This document shows positions 62,233 to 64,000 of a stretch of DNA of 64,000 nt, in pieces (position 1 is the first letter of the stretch; each line of letters starts with the position of its first letter). The position numbers and the translations under genes were made by a program. A model generated the notes under the pieces. It was not told the DNA's origin. It saw nothing but the letters and a program-made list of their open reading frames with translations, and searched no databases. Origin of the DNA: Myxococcales bacterium (GTDB lineage: Bacteria > Myxococcota_A > Polyangia > Haliangiales > Haliangiaceae); the NCBI GenBank assembly GCA_011526095.1, contig WYBA01000414.1, forward strand, positions 10,622-74,621. The letters are read 5' to 3'.

Positions 62233-62289
62233 TTCCGCCGCTCCGCTGAGCGATCCGCGGAGCTCTGTCGAGTCCGCTCGACGGAAGAG

Positions 62290-62318
62290 GAAGGGCCAGC
62301 ACGACGTGCTGGCCCTTC
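62290..62318. terminator. 13-bp stem hairpin between convergent genes (bidirectional terminator candidate)
   Basis: GAAGGGCCAGCAC-GAC-GUGCUGGCCCUUC followed by TTCGTTCC. Confidence 0.6.
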
Positions 62319-62382
62319 TTCGTTCCGGACGCCGTCTTCGGCGCGGGCGCCGTGACGCTCCGGCGCGGGCGCCGGGGCCGGG

Positions 62383-63792
<1,410 letters not shown>

Positions 63793-63809
63793 GGCGGAGG
63801 TTCCTTCGA

Positions 63810-64000
63810 TCAGGTCCGGGTCCAGGCGAACGTCGGGCGCTCGGGGCGCCCGTAGAGGGTGAGCGCGCCGTGCTCGCCGGTCGAGTTGGGGCGCGTGAAG
63901 ATCCAGTTCTGCCAGGCGGAGAGGCGGCCGAAGATCTTGGTCTCGAGCGTCTCGGGGCCGACCCAGCGCAGCGAGGCCTCCATCCCGGTCAGCGCGTCGG
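63810..64000 (-). CDS. boxC: 3' end of a gene upstream of boxB, probably boxC (benzoyl-CoA-dihydrodiol lyase)
   Basis: Own translation: ...DALTGMEASLRWVGPETLETKIFGRLSAWQNWIFTRPNSTGEHGALTLYGRPERPTFAWTRT*. The assignment rests mostly on adjacency to boxB. Partial. Confidence 0.45.
   Translation of the reverse strand, partial: DALTGMEASLRWVGPETLETKIFGRLSAWQNWIFTRPNSTGEHGALTLYGRPERPTFAWTRT

Overview
Very GC-rich bacterial chromosomal segment (roughly 70% GC by eye, strong GC3 bias). The gene content looks like Myxococcota: MJ0042-type zinc-ribbon/TPR proteins, giant TPR and HEAT proteins, PilZ, DUF4159/BatA-like, DUF4139, an nSTAND NTPase and many lipoproteins. That assignment is inference, since no search was possible. 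I call about 50 protein-coding genes, most by trimming the supplied longest-ORF calls to internally supported starts. The many 200-1900 aa Arg/Ala/Pro-rich ORFs antisense to these genes are high-GC artefacts. I recognised no rRNA, tRNA, CRISPR array, transposase or integrase. Recognisable housekeeping or metabolic genes are sppA, queF, fdhD, boxB (plus a probable boxC 3' end), a UbiB-family kinase, a GNAT, a HAD hydrolase, an HtrA-like protease and two ABC ATPases. Most interesting observations: (1) A ~0.94 kb ORF-free, purine-skewed locus (59.78-60.72 kb, minus strand) is bounded by a sigma54-type -24/-12 element and a strong intrinsic terminator. Its 5' and 3' ends form a 25-bp helix and it is rich in stem-GNRA hairpins, so it is a candidate large structured ncRNA; the alternative is a TIR-bounded non-autonomous element. 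(2) A ~270 nt promoter-to-terminator orphan transcript lies divergent from queF (an sRNA or a 13-16 aa micro-ORF). (3) A 17-kb signalling supercluster (21.3-38.6 kb) carries an RsbU-type PP2C phosphatase, a GHKL ATPase, giant TPR scaffolds and two paralogous pairs of STAS-zinc-ribbon protein plus 4-Cys PAS sensor. (4) Tandem DUF4139 lipoproteins plus an ABC module sit divergent from a membrane-spanning nSTAND-HEAT NTPase. (5) -10-like hexamers recur 6-10 nt upstream of start codons, suggesting leaderless mRNAs. (6) An inverted pair of DnaA boxes lies in a convergent intergenic region.
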